DNA from: Octopus sinensis | Lineage: Eukaryota | Assembly (NCBI RefSeq): GCF_006345805.1 | Contig: NC_043002.1 | Coordinates: forward strand, 32,798,001 to 32,862,000 | Direction: 5' to 3' | DNA: 64,000 nt | Shown: positions 13,414 to 28,130 of the stretch, in pieces | Layout: each line of letters opens with the position of its first letter | How positions within the stretch are numbered: the stretch's first letter is position 1 | The notes under the pieces: generated by a model | The model's database searches: none | Seen by the model: the letters and a program-made list of their open reading frames with translations, nothing else | Told to the model about the DNA's origin: nothing | Program-made: the position numbers and the translations under genes

Positions 13414-13531
13414 GGTGGTGGTGGTGGTGGTGGTGGTGGTGGTGGTGGTGGTGTTGGTGGTGGTGCAATCGTTGCTTCTTCTGTCACTATTGTTATTACT
13501 GCTGCTGTTCCTGGTGCTGTTGCTACTTGTG
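13302..13531 (-). CDS. Candidate Pro/Thr-rich exon
   Basis: TTTTAACAG| acceptor and AAA|GTGAGT donor around AQVATAPGTAAVITIVTEEATIAPPPTPPPP...TTTT. Phase 1 to 0 does not join the 11878 acceptor directly, and much of it is trinucleotide microsatellite. Confidence 0.3.
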
Positions 13532-13859
13532 CTGTTAAAAACATTTTACAACCGTTATTACAACTGTTGTTCTGTTGTACTGTTGTAGATAAAAGTATGT
13601 GATTTTTTTCGCTGAATACATCAGTATATGATATCACGACTACAATTTTCAAATAGGCGTAAATTATGCCTTTTACAGCAGAATACGGACTGAAGTACTC
13701 CCTTCATCTAGTGAAATAGCCATACTTATTTAAAGTTTCATCAAAATATTTTTTCTGAAGTAGATGAATTGTTGCAACAATTTTTTATAAAGGTTTGGAA
13801 GCCGACACGGAGTATGTCCAAAGCAAACGATAATAATCATTCTACAATAAGCACAAGAC

Positions 13860-14030
13860 CTGAAATTTCGTGGGGAGGGAACTACGCGATTACATCGATG
13901 CCAGTGATCGTCTGATATTTACTTTATTGACCCCAACAAGAATGGAAGACAAAGTCGACCTCGGTGTAATTTGAACTCAGAGCATTATGACACACAGTCG
14001 AAATGCAGTTAAGCATAATGGCCGGCGTGC
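13860..14030 (-). mobile_element. tRNA-derived SINE, family 2
   Basis: Contains AAAGTCGACCTCGGTGTAATTTGAACTCAG, the reverse complement of the family-2 body. Confidence 0.7.
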
Positions 14031-14056
14031 TAACAATTCTGTCAGCTAACTGACAT

Positions 14057-14087
<31 letters not shown>

Positions 14088-14123
14088 TCAACAACAGCAG
14101 CAGCAACAACAACAACAACAACA

Positions 14124-15750
14124 ATTCAGTGATGACATCAGAATGCAATTTGGCCTCGATAAATGTGCAAAACCTACCTTTATCAAAGGAAAAAAACAGA
14201 AACATTCAAAGTTAATCTTGACCAGCAGAATATCATTAAAGAGTTAGAGCCAGCGGAGAGATATAAATACCTAGGGGTATTTGAGGGTGATGGAATCAAA
14301 CATTCAATGATGAAGTAAGGGATCAGAAAAGAATGTTATCGCAGAGTAAGGCAATACTCAAAACAGAGTTGAATGCAAGAAACAGAATTGAAGCGATCAA
14401 TACTTTTGCTATACCAATCGAAACTTACAGTCTCAGTATCGTTAACTGGTCAATTACAGAAATATCTAATCTTGACAGAAAAATGCGAAACTTGTTAACA
14501 ATGCATAGAATGCACCACCCTAATGCAGATATAGAACAACTTTACCTGACAAGGGAGTGACCGTGGACTTTTACAATTGGGATTAACAATGAAGATTACC
14601 ACAGTTGGCCTAAACATCTACCCTAAAAACTCTGATGACTGGATGTTAAAACTTGTCTTGAAGCATGAAAACAAGAAAGCATCATACTCAGTAACAAAAC
14701 AGGAAAAGGAACATCTAAGTGAATTCCAAATACAACAAATCCCAGAATTAGACGCACTGGAAACAAGCACAGAAAAAGCTAAGTATATGAAAATCCGTGC
14801 TAAAACTGCTGCCTTACATATTCTTACTGTAAACGACAAGAAAAACCTCTCAATGGTAAATGCCCAAAGAGAGCTAATAATGCCGATGTTGACAAAGCCC
14901 TTACTCATCAATGGTTAGTGTCTTCTGGCTCAAAATCAGAAACTAAAGGATTTATCATAGCAGCCCAAGATCAATGCCTACCTACAAGGAGCTACCATAT
15001 TAAAGAACGGCAGTAACTCAACATGTTGTGCATGTAAACAACAAAATGAAACCATTGATCATGTTGTCTCCATGTGCAGTCTTCTTGTATCTAAAGAGTA
15101 TCTCAACAGGCATGATAGAGCAGCACAATATATTCACTGGGTAATTTGCAAAAACCTGGACCTACCCAATGATAAAAACTGGTGGGAACACAAGCCACCT
15201 ACAGTGCCTGAAAATAATCACATCTCACTCCTCTGGAACTTAATCGTTCTAACTGACAGAAATGTAGATGCGAATAGGCTAGACTTTATATTGAAAAAAT
15301 CATGCCTTCTCATTGATATGACTGTCCCAACCGACATAAATGTATTTGTCAAGGCCTACCAAAAGTTGAGCAAGTATAAATATCTTGAAATAGAAATTGG
15401 CAAAATATGGAACCTCAAGATTAAAACAATACCTGTTGTCATAGGTGCCCTAAGAATGATAGCAAAAGGTACTGATTCCTACCTTGCTCAGATACAAGAA
15501 AACCCCCAAATGGCAGAAATTCAAAAGACAGTGATCATGGAAACTACCCATATCCTACGTGAAATACCGCCTATGCAATCTCAAATTTTAAAACAAACTT
15601 ATAATTTTCTTATGTTTTCTTAAACTTTCTCTAGAACAATACTATGTGCAAAACCAAATATATCCGACCCTAATCATAACACCAACTTGAACATCTAATT
15701 GGTTGTCTCTTGAGGTCTCTGGGTGAGACTTGGAGTCAACTTGTACAAAT
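14124..15750 (+). mobile_element. 5'-truncated, degenerate R4/Dong-like (restriction-like endonuclease) LINE
   Basis: FSDDIRMQFGLDKC, YKYLGV, AINTFAIP; CCHC knuckle CCACKQQNETIDHVVSMC (~15024-15077); RLE region HDRAAQYIHW...NRLDFI...LIDMTVPTDINV..KLSKY. Flanked by (AAC)n and (GAT/AAT)n tracts. Confidence 0.85.
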
Positions 15751-15784
15751 GCAAATGATGATGATGACGACGACGACGACGACG

Positions 15785-15843
<59 letters not shown>

Positions 15844-16049
15844 CCTTTCTACTGCAAAAACAAAGCTTCAAATTTAGGGGACGGGATTAAGTCGATTACA
15901 TCGACCCCAGGACTTTTTCTTTGGAAGCCTAGTACTTATTCTATTGGTTCTTTTGCCGAACCGGTAAGTTACGGGGACGTAAACACACCAGCATCGGTTA
16001 TCAAGTGATGTTGGGAGGACAAACATAGACACAAACATATACACACACA

Positions 16050-16618
<569 letters not shown>

Positions 16619-16903
16619 GTACGACGGGCTTCTTTCAGATTCCGTCTACCAAATCCACTCACGAGGCTTTGGTCGGTCCGAGGCGATAGTAGAAAACACT
16701 TGCCCAAGGTGCCACGCAGTGTGAATGAACCCGAACCATGTGGTTGGTAAGCAAGCTACTTACCACACAGCCACATAATAATAATGATGATGATGATGAT
16801 GATAATAATAATAATGATTTAAAAAATATTGACGTAACTCTTCACAAAGGTAAAACAGGCAAGACGAAGCGCGCGATTCGATTGTAATAGATATTTTATT
16901 GGT

Positions 16904-16942
16904 TTTAACGATATTTCAAAAGTCTATCTTTTTCAAGTTCAA
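16904..16942 (-). ncRNA. Degenerate minimal hammerhead motif in PLE pLTR (U3-A8 core)
   Basis: Minus strand: TTGAAC-TTGAAAA-A-GATAGACTTTT-GAAA-TA-TC-GTTAAA. Stem II is eroded. Confidence 0.5.
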
Positions 16943-18711
16943 AATAAGAAGTGATAAAAATTCAAAATTATAAAAATTTAAACAAAGTATAAACGAGAGC
17001 AACCAGCGTCCACCCGTTGATGGAATGATATCATCAGTAATTAAGTGTCAATTTTATAACAAGCGAAAAGAAAAAAGACAGAACAAAAAAAAAACAGAAA
17101 AATAAAACGACAGAAAAAAGGAAAGAGAAAAAGAGGTTTTGTATAAAGAAAAGTTTTGTATAAATTTGATGATATTCTCCTGTCCTCTTATTTATTCCTG
17201 CCGGGTGTGATGTTAATAACTCGCAAACATATTTCTCTTCGTACATTCTGAAAAGTGAAAGTGAAGTAGATTCAGAATATTTTCTGAGAATATGCACTTT
17301 CAAGTCTTCTTCAAAATTGCATCCACTTGAAAGAAATGTTCAGCAAGTTCTGTCGGACACTGTTATTGTGCCTGATGTCGAATCTGTACCCATTAAACCT
17401 TTTTTTTTATTGTTGTTGTATAACCAACATAAATCAAGTTGTGTTTCGTACTTTCTGCCGCGTACACTAAATTGGAATCGCTACATGTCCCACCTTCTGT
17501 ATAAATCATAACATTTCTGTTGTGATTCCTGATGGAATTCACTTGAATCATGTTGTTGCACAATGAACAGGGCTTACCTCTCTTGCAGCAGTTTTTTAAG
17601 GTACAGTGTGCAGATACTCTAATGCTCGTTTTCTTGGAGTCAGAAATAGAAGTCAACAATTCTCTTATATTCTTATTCCGTTTAAAGGCAAACTGAGGAA
17701 ATATCTGTTTGAAACGAAAATATTTTTCGCCACATGTTGGTAACTTTCATGCATCACTTTTGAAATGCCAGCGAAATGTCGGTGCCAGTTAATCACTAAA
17801 AGAATTCTGTCATCTATTGTATTGTGTTTGCTAAAATTATGCGTGAAGGTTTGGCTATCTTTGCTAATTTTAGCTATTTCATTTGCTGTTTCCTTTAATC
17901 GTGATTCACTGTAACCGCATTTGACGTAATGATACTCAAAAGCATTTGCATGTTTCCAGTAATCCCCTATGTCAGTACAAATCCGTTTTATCCTCAAAAA
18001 TTGAGATTTCGGATTTGAACGAATAAGATGATGTGGATGACGTGGGCTTGCAAAATAACTCTGTCACTATTCTTCCTCCAGAAATTTTGACTTTTGTGTC
18101 CAAACATTCAACGCTAGTTTTTGAAAAACTAGATGTAAGTTTTATGTTGGACTTAAGCCATAGTTTCTAGTATAGCAGTCGTAGAAATGCAAGAAGTCCA
18201 TTAAACTATCCTGTGATCCTTCCCAGAAAAAAAAAATATGTCATCATTGAACCGTAACCAGAGTATTGGTTCATGACCATGAAAGGATTTGAATGTCCAG
18301 AACAATTAAACAAAATGTTTAATGGGCACATAATCGAGGTCAGGCACAATAACAGTAGTTCGACAGAACTTGCTGAGCATTTCGTTTCAAACGGCTGCAA
18401 TTTTGAAGAAGATTTGAAAGTGCATATTCTCAGAAAATATTCGGAATCTACTTCACTTTCACTTCTCAGAATGTATGAAGAGAAATATGTTTGCGGGTTA
18501 TTAACATCACGCCCTGGAGGAATGAATAAGAGGACAGGAGAATATCATCAGATTTATACAAAACTGTTTGATTAAATATTCTTTTTTTTCTCTTTTTCTT
18601 TCCTTTTTTTTCTGTCATCTTTTTTCCGTTTTTCTTCTGTCTTTTTCTTTTCGCCTGTTATAAAGATTCAAGACGAAGTGCGCGATTCGATTGCAATAGA
18701 TATTTTATTGG

Positions 18712-18754
18712 TTGAACGATATTTCAACAGTAAGTCTTTCTTTGTCAAGTTCAA
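18712..18754 (-). ncRNA. Minimal type I hammerhead motif in PLE pLTR (U3-A8 core)
   Basis: Minus strand: TTGAAC-TTGACAA-A-GAAAG-actta-CTGTT-GAAA-TA-TC-GTTCAA. 6-bp stem I, stem II with one mismatch, palindromic ATAT stem III, AUC cleavage triplet. Confidence 0.65.
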
Positions 18755-19599
18755 AATAAGAAGTGATGAAAATTCAAAATTATAGAAATTTAAGCAAAGT
18801 ATGAACGAGAGCAACCAGCGTCCACACGTTGATGGAATGACATCATCAGTTTTTAAGTTTCAATTTTATAACAAGCGAAAAAAAAAACAGAAAAAAGAAG
18901 ACGACAGAAAAAAAGGAAAGAAAAAAGAGATAGAAAAGAATATTTAATCAAACATCACGCCCTGGAGTAATGAATAAGATGACAGGGGAATATCAAATTT
19001 ATACAAAACTATTAAAAAAGCGGACTTGTTTATCGATCGAATTTTTTTTGCAGTCATTCAAATGGTTGTCATATGTGCTAAAAATAGTAATCAAATACTC
19101 CTAGGCCATAAATCACACTCCACCACAATTTTTTTTTTGTATAATCCTATGAAGTCTCACGTATAAAATTCAAATTCATAAAAATTTTCTGAAATCTCCG
19201 AAAAATAAAAAAAAGTTATGAGCGACTATATGTCGTACTTAATTCTCTGGTTTCATATCAAAACACGAGTGCTATTTTCAGGATGTTGACAAAATGAGCA
19301 CTCACGCACAAAATGACAGCCTTGAAGCCGTTTTTAATGACTGGTTGAAAACGATCAAACTTTAAGCCTCTATAACTTTTTAAAAACATTTTTTCTGGAA
19401 AAAGTTGAATAACTCCAGCAATCTAGCTTGCCTAATTTAAAAATGCTCGATAAACTTTTAACTTTTGAAATGCTGGTAGCCAAACGAACTAGATCCGTAT
19501 TTGTTCCAGTAAAGACGTGTCATCCGACCCTGCTCTATTGACTTTTTCTTCTCTATGGGAATACCATACTGCCTTTTTGACGCCGTCTGTAGAAATTCC

Positions 19600-21173
19600 T
19601 TTTCACATTTTCACTTTACTGATGCTTCCAGTCAAGAGAATTTGTCGACAGTACAGTAGTGATTATTTATCGTTTGGATTTATTCCCTCTCCTCAGAACT
19701 GTCAGTTACCAATGTGCCTTCTTTGCAATCAAACATTGACCAACGGAGCAATGAAACCTTCACGCTTGAAATATCACTTTCATGCAAAGCATTCTGACAA
19801 GAAGGACAAGCTGTTACCATACTTTTTGCAACTAAGCTCCTCTTTCAAAAAGTAAATACAAACATTCAACAGGCTACTCCAGGAAACTAGTAAACAGGAG
19901 AATGACGGGTTGATTGCATCGTACAACATTGCATTGTTTGTTGCTAAGTCTGGAAAGTCTCACACAATTGAAGAAACAATACTTCGCCCAGTTATCGAAG
20001 AATTTTTGTCAACCATTCTGCATGAAAAACCCGATGACATTATGAAAAAGGATCCCACTTAGTAATAACACAATTTCTCGACTCATCGATGAAATGGCTA
20101 ACGATGTCAAACATCAGCTCGTTGATATTCTCCAGCGTTCTGAATTGTCCATACAAGTGGATCAGTCAACTGTTGTGGACAATCAATGTTTGATGATGGT
20201 ATATGTTCGATGTTTCAGCGAATACCTTCAGCCTTATGAGGAAATGCTGTTCACAGAGAAATCGCCGCTTCATTCAAAAAGTGTGACTATTTTTCGCATT
20301 CTCAAGTCTTCCCTTTTTGAACATAATATCCCACTCAGTAATATTATTGCTTGTGCGTCTGATGGAGCTCCTTCGATGATAGGAAGATACAGAGGTTTTT
20401 CATCTCTCCTAAAGTAGATTGAATGATACACTACAGTTAGTCATCAAGACTGTGAACAAATTGAAGTCCAGTCCCTTGTCTGATCAAATTTTCCGTCAAC
20501 TCTGTCTGAGAAATGATGAGGACCATACTAAACTCTTATACCATACCAAAGTGCGGTAGCTGTAAAAAGGAAATTGTGTTTCACGCTTTGTTGAAGTGTA
20601 TCATACAATCATATCTTTCTTTGAAGATATTCCACTATCCGCTTCATTGATGGTTACAAGATGCGATACCTTTTTTCTTTGTGATATATTCACAAAATTG
20701 AATGATTTGAATAAGTTATTGCAAGGAAACAGAAAAAACTCTCGTTGATTGTAAATCATTTATCACTACCTTCATTTCGAAACTGGTGTTGTATAAGACT
20801 AATATTTCAAAACGCCAATTCCATCAATTTCCGCATCGATTGCGAAAATGACGTTCAGGAAGAAATGATAGAATTACAAAATGACAAGAACGCCACAATG
20901 CGATATCGCCGTAATGGTAAAGAATGTTTGTGGTATCATCAGAGTATATTGAATTCCCACCCCAATCTGTGGAAACAACTGAAATTACTTTTGCTTGCCT
21001 TCCCTACCTCATACCTGATCGAATCTGATTTTAACCATGTTGGAACTTTACTTTTCCATAAAAGACTTGGACTGGATGTGATACAACGAGAAGACTTGCG
21101 GCTAAAGTTGACAAGTGTGAAACCGAATGTATCTGCAGTAGCTGCATCGCACCAGACACATGGTTCTCATTAA
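19600..21173 (+). pseudogene. Degenerate hAT (Buster/Charlie-type) transposase
   Basis: BED-type finger CLLCNQTLTNGAMKPSRLKYHFHAKH; LSIQVDQST; CASDGAPSMIGRYRG; C-terminal LLLAFPTSYLIES...DLRLKLTSVKPNV...HQTHGSH. Multiple stops and frameshifts. Confidence 0.9.
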
Positions 21174-21460
21174 AATGTTTTGTTCTTTTCCTTAATAATA
21201 CAATCATTAATTATTTTGGCATCGTTAGTTCTGATCAATGGTTCGTTTGGGGAAAATGAAAATCAGTGTGAAAGAAAGCGCAAGTTTCCTGAAGTTAATC
21301 TGTCTACATAATATAGAATTTTATTCACACTAATGGCAAAGCTAAACCCACAATAAGGGATTTGTAAACAACCGTATATTTAGTTCTATATTTAAGAGAT
21401 GAGGAATTATGTACATTATTTACATTTGACGGATATTTATCCTCATTTTCTTTGTTGTTA

Positions 21461-21505
21461 AAACAACATATCGGCTGATATACCCTCCAGCCTTCATCAG
21501 ATGTC
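21461..21505 (-). ncRNA. Degenerate minimal hammerhead motif
   Basis: Minus strand: GACAT-CTGATGA-A-GGCTG-gagggtatat-CAGCC-GATA-TG-TT-GTTTT. Perfect 5-bp stem II, but GATA replaces GAAA and stem I is weak. Confidence 0.55.
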
Positions 21506-21566
21506 TTGGAGAAATTTCGAACCTGGGTTCTAATTCCTAAGGTATTTTTCAATGTTGTTGTTGTTG

Positions 21567-21610
<44 letters not shown>

Positions 21611-21614
<4 letters not shown>

Positions 21615-21678
21615 TCTCTGCTGGAATCGAACTCAGAATCTTTGGGTTAGCAGCCCGCGCTGTTAACCATTACGCCAT
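21611..21678 (-). other. tRNA-like Pol III promoter segment (SINE head), GCT at the anticodon position
   Basis: Minus strand: TGGCGTAATGG (A box) ... GGG-CTGCTAA-CCC ... GTTCGATTC (B box). Stems are imperfect, so it is not a functional tRNA. Confidence 0.6.
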
Positions 21679-21684
21679 AATATT

Positions 21685-21733
<49 letters not shown>

Positions 21734-22660
21734 TCGAAAAAGACTTTAGGAATGAGAACCCATGTTCGAAATTTCCCGAAGACATCCGATGAAGGCTGGA
21801 GGGTATTAAGATGAGAACTGTAAAGAATGATAAGTTAGAAGAACTGGCATCCTTTGCTGCAATATTTTAAGTAAAAAATTTCTTATTCTTTACTAGAAGT
21901 AATAGCTTGTCCTATACTTTTCCAGGTGTAATAACTTATCCTGTATTTTTACAGGTTTATAATCTTAAGAATACTAATTGTCGCGCTTGCATTTTTCCAT
22001 GTAATATGTATATATATATTATTTAATTTTATTTGTTAGGGAATAAAAATTCCGGCATAACAGGGGTTCCAATTATTCTCAATGAAGAAATATATTTTTT
22101 TCATTTAGAGATAGTAAGCCCCTTCATCTCACCATATAAAAAAGAATTTTAATTTTAAATACCTACTACTTTATAACTTTATAACACGTGTTTCATGAGG
22201 TACATTTCCCGGTTCCTAAACCACTCCGTGTTTTGCTGGAACTATTCTTAAAATATAACCCCAATTATCAGGCCCCTATATCACTTTTTCAGAGTTCAAT
22301 ATTATAAACTATATTTTAATTTTTTTTAAACCCATAAGTATGTGTAAAATAGGTTCGCCAGACCCTACAGTACAAGCCATAATTTAATTCAAATAAAAAA
22401 TTACAAAAATAAAAATAAAAATTACAAAGATAAAAATAAGAAATAAAAATGCGAAAAAAAAACACGAAAAATAAAAATTTACAAAAACTATGTGCTTACG
22501 TAACTTATATCTATAAATATAAAATTAGTAATATATAGGCTTAAAAATAAAATATATACTTGTGATAATATAAAATGATATAAAATGAAAGGAATGGCAA
22601 GAAAAATATATACGAATAAAAATGGAGGCAATAAAAGCTATAGTACTAATTACGAACTGC

Positions 22661-22770
22661 AAAATTTACAAATGATACGAATGATAACTTTTAAAAATTT
22701 ACAAATAATACGAATGATAACTTTTAAAAATTTACAAATGATACGAATGATAACTTTTAAAAATTTACAA
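22661..22770. repeat. 33-bp tandem repeat, about 3.3 copies
   Basis: Unit AAAATTTACAAATGATACGAATGATAACTTTTA. Confidence 0.9.
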
Positions 22771-23890
22771 ACTATTATTTAATTAACATATTAACTAATA
22801 TATATACATAGATACATACATACATACATAGACGTATACATGTATGCCTGCTTGACTATGTGTGTGTATAAACTTGTAAGGTTTTCTCACAATCTATTGC
22901 ATCATTGTATTTCAATATTTCAACTGTTATGCCATGCTAGAAATTAGAAGTAAAGTCTTTTTGATAGTCATCTTTAATCTAACAGCTATTGAAATTATCG
23001 AAAGTAAATCTTGCAGGGAATTTAGTGCAGCCTTTCACCGTTCCATCATTTTAAATGAGAGTATAGAATTTAATTTAATATGAATTGCTGTGTCGGAAGT
23101 ATATAAAGTTAAGCATTTGCGATAGAATTCAAGGCAAAACATTTTGAAACAAGGATGAATAATAATAAAAACTTACGTATCATCAACTGTAAGACGATGA
23201 ATATTATGCAAGGAAGTTTCATCTTGGATCTAGAATAATAATAATAAAGAACATGTTATTTGGAGAAAATTATATTAGGATAGTAATTTATTTTGAATAG
23301 AAAAATACTGATGAAAAAACGAAACTAACTGGTAATCTGCCTTTCCCAGATACAACGCAAATGAGGCACCTTGACATAAACTGGGAACCGTAAATCGCAT
23401 TTCGGCCTTCAATTTTCATGAATGCTTTCTCTCTGGCGTTCGACAACTTAATACATTGATTTCTTACCACATAATAATGCCAATAGTTTGTTTTGGCGAA
23501 GCGTAGTGGATTGAATCGAAGCCTCGGTATTTGTAATAAAAATGATTTTGTTTATCATGCAGTTCCAAAAACAAAGTCAACTAATGTGAAATGTGAAGTG
23601 AGAGCTAAAATGTAAGGAATATTGTGGAGATAACTAAGGTCAAACAAGTAATTGTCAAAGAAGTAATCGTCAACCAGCTATCAGCTGTTTATGAAATGAT
23701 CCCGCTTTCTTCTTACGAACACTTCAGGAGAAATACTTCTGATATATTTCAAGCAATAGAATACAGACAGTTCAACTTCCTTAATATTTCATCTACAGAT
23801 AGTTTTACTATGTCATACTGATTTCAAACTGCAACGAGCCTAATCGTTTCTCAGACCCTTCTCACAATTTAAATGGTCACATAATATATA

Positions 23891-25039
<1,149 letters not shown>

Positions 25040-25116
25040 CGTGCGTGCGTGCGTGCGTGCGCGTATGTGCGTGCGCGTATGTGCGTGCGCGTGTGTGTGT
25101 GTATGTGTGTGTGTTT

Positions 25117-25917
25117 CAGAGGCGACTCCAGGTCATCCGCTTCACTCGGGCTTTTCACAGATTTCGTCACTCGGGTTTATCACAGATTTTGCATAAGACA
25201 TATTCCAGCTCGAATTCACGTTTTCATGCAATATTTCCAGCCCCAAATGGCATTTATATCTAGCACTATTTCTTTCTCCATTTCTAATTTAAGGGTAAAT
25301 ATAAAGCAACCCTGCAAAACACAACTGATCATTACACACAGACGCACAGAATAACAGCATTTGAATAACGACAGCAGAGTGCACAACAAACATTAGCGAT
25401 CTGGCTGTCGCCTGTACGCTTGACAAGGGATGACAGTTAGTCGTTTACACCTGCCAGGCTCGTTCGTATTAGCCCGAGTTGCTGGATAATTTTGTGTCTC
25501 TTTAAGAATATTGTAGGATGGAAATTTTTATAGATTAGAATTTAAATCCTAATCTATACAAAAATTTATCGTTCCAAGAAATCATTGAACTTGAGTTACT
25601 TTTAATTTTTACGAGTATAGGTAACAAGTCGGACTGTAATTTCTGAGCCCGAGTCAGGCATGTGTAAATGACGTCGGGAGAACGTCTACTACGAATGATA
25701 TTTTTTGACACAAGAACATCTAACACGACTGCCAGACGCTGAACGAAAATAAATAAACTGCGACCAGGCTCAATAAAAGGAACCCGAGCTATTGGCTTCA
25801 ATTACATACATGAAGTCAGTGTTGGCAAAAATTAGATCAACTTGAAAATACACGTTCACTTTGCTAAATTTATACTCGGACTAAACCCGAGCAGCCCGAG
25901 TGCCGGAGTTGCCACTG
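25117..25917. mobile_element. Putative hAT-type non-autonomous DNA transposon
   Basis: Termini CAGAGGCGACTCC / GGAGTTGCCACTG (11/13 inverted match); repeated subterminal CCCGAG/CTCGGG motifs; no clear TSD. Confidence 0.5.
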
Positions 25918-25998
25918 ATACAAACATATATATGTGTGTGTGTCTGCGTGTTTGTGTATGCGTGCATATACATATAAATATATTTATATATACATATA

Positions 25999-26029
<31 letters not shown>

Positions 26030-26394
26030 GCATCTATATGTATATATATATTCATGTCAACTCAATCAGTGTTATAGAATGTATATCATCTAATGCATAC
26101 CATTCAAGTCTGCGTAATATGTAATAGTAGTTTATAAATATTTATATATGTGGATATATATATATAAGGATATATAGACAGATATAGATATATAATGTTT
26201 ATGCACATATTTATTTATGCATATATTTATATATATGTGCATGTATATATATATATGTGTGTGTGTGTGTGTATACACATATATATACATATATATATAT
26301 ACATACATATATAGATATACATACATACACATATATATGTGTGCATGTATATATTTATGTATATAAATGCATATATCTATATATATATATATGA

Positions 26395-26731
26395 GGAGAC
26401 CCCCTTCGGTCATGAATGACCATGGGATTGCATCTAGAAAGTTACCCTCCCAGGCACAAGTCCGGGCAAGTTTGCTTATGGAAGGCCAGTAGTCGACCAT
26501 GCATACCAGCCTCCCCTTTCCACACCACTGATGTTATCCAAGTGGAAGGCAAAGGCTGATACAATTTGGCACCAATGATGACGCAACTCATTTCTACAGA
26601 TGAGTTAACTGAAGCAACGTGAAATAAAGTTTCTTACTCAAGAACACAACACGCAGCCCGGTCCAGGAATCGAACTCACAGCCTCACAATGGTTAGCTTA
26701 ACACTCTAATCATTGATCCATGCGCCTTCAC
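26395..26731 (-). mobile_element. tRNA-derived SINE, family 3
   Basis: Reverse complement begins GTGAAGGCGCATGGATCAATGATTAGAGTG...GAGTTCGATTCCTGG (A/B boxes), then a body distinct from families 1 and 2. Confidence 0.75.
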
Positions 26732-26888
26732 TATATATGTGTATGTATATGTGCGTGTGTGTGTGTGTATTAAATATATAATGATCGGAAGTGAAGGTGT
26801 GGGGTTAATTTTTACATCTTAAGAGAGTACAGAAAAGATCTTATTAATATATTTTTAAACTGTTTATCAATATTGAACTAACTGAAAA

Positions 26889-28130
26889 CGGGGAGCTGGC
26901 AGAATCATTAACACGCTGAGCGAAATGCTTAGCAATATTTTGTCTGTCGCTACGTTCTGAGTTCAAATTCCGCCGAGGTCGACTTTGGCTTTCATTCTTT
27001 GGGGGTCGATTAAATAAGTACCAGTTACGCACTGGGGTCGATATAATCGACTTAATCCGTTTGTATGTCCTTGTTTGTCCTCTCTGTGTTTATCCCCTTG
27101 TGGGTAGTAAAGAAATAGGTATTTCGTCCGCCGCTACGTTCTGAGTTTAAATTCTGTCGAGGTCGACTTTGCCTTTCATCCTTTCGGGGTCGATTAAATA
27201 AGTACCAGTTACGCACTGTGGTCGATATAATCGACTTTGTTTGTCCTCTCTGTGTTTAGCCCCTTGTGGGTAGAAAAGAAATAGGTATTTCGTCTGCCGC
27301 TACGTTCTGAGTTCAAATTCTGTCGAGGTCGACTTTGCCTTTCATCCGTTAGGGGTCGATTAAATAAGTACCAGTTACGCACTGGGGTCGATATAGTCAA
27401 CTTAATCCGTTTGTTTGTCCTTGTTTGTCCACTCTGGGTTTAACCGATTGTGGGCAGTAAAGAAACAGAAATAGGTATTTCGTCTTCCGCTATGTTCGAT
27501 TCATTCAACTAAAAATTCTTCAAGGTGGTGCGACAGCATGGTCGCAATCTAATGACTGAAACAAGTAAAATATTTTCCTCTGTAAAGGTCAGAGGATTCA
27601 TCCGAAAATTATAAGTGCATTAATTTCTTTTAATTGTCGGTGTCTCATGATTCCTCTGATTTTCTTCTCATCATGTTGTGAAAAATAGCCTCAATATTTC
27701 TGTTCTTAGGGCGGCGAGCTGGCAGAAACGTTAGCAAATTGGGCAAAATGCTTAGTAGCATTTAAATAAAATAATTAAAAAAAAAGGTGGCGAACTGGCA
27801 GAAACGTTAGCACGCCGGGCGAAATGCTTAGCAGTATTTCGTTTGCTGCTTTCATCCATTCGAGTCGATTAAATAAGTACCAGTTACGCACTAGGGTCGA
27901 TGTAATCGACTTAATCCGTTTGTCTGTCCATGTTTGTCCCCTCTGTGTTTAGCTCTTTGTGGGTAGTAAAGAAATAGGTATTTCGTCTGTCTATTCCGCC
28001 TAGGTCGACTTTGCCTTTCGGGGTCGATTAAATAAGCATCAGTTACGCACTGGAGACCATATTAATCGACTTAATACGTTTGTCTGTCCTTGGGTTTAGC
28101 CCGTGTGGGTAGTAAAGAAATAGATATTAA
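26889..28130 (+). mobile_element. Cluster of family-2 SINEs with tandemly repeated ~170-185-bp bodies, plus a family-1 tail
   Basis: Repeated TATTTCGTC..GCTACGTTCTGAGTTCAAATT..GAGGTCGACTTTGCCTTTCATCC..GGGGTCGATTAAATAAGTACC...GTAAAGAAATAGG units. Confidence 0.85.

Larger units (their letters stand above)
16860..19010 (-). mobile_element. Penelope-like element fragment with direct and inverted pseudo-LTR copies
   Basis: Minus strand: RT thumb (IKLTSSFSKTSVECLDTKV..LFCKPT), RIKRIC, GIY-YIG (CSDSNLVYAAESTKHNLIYVGYT). The C-terminus is inverted at 18330-18575. 16860-17150 is directly repeated at 18670-18950. Confidence 0.85.
21300..21810 (-). mobile_element. Composite fold-back element: PLE pLTR-like arm, (TTA)n, tRNA-like head, (AAT)n, inverted truncated arm
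   Basis: 21485-21555 is reverse-complemented at ~21735-21806; tRNA-like segment at 21611-21678 in the middle. Confidence 0.65.

Noticed and set aside
21611-21678. Functional tRNA-Ser(GCT) gene
   Set aside because: Acceptor, D and T stems do not pair properly; treated as a tRNA-derived promoter segment.
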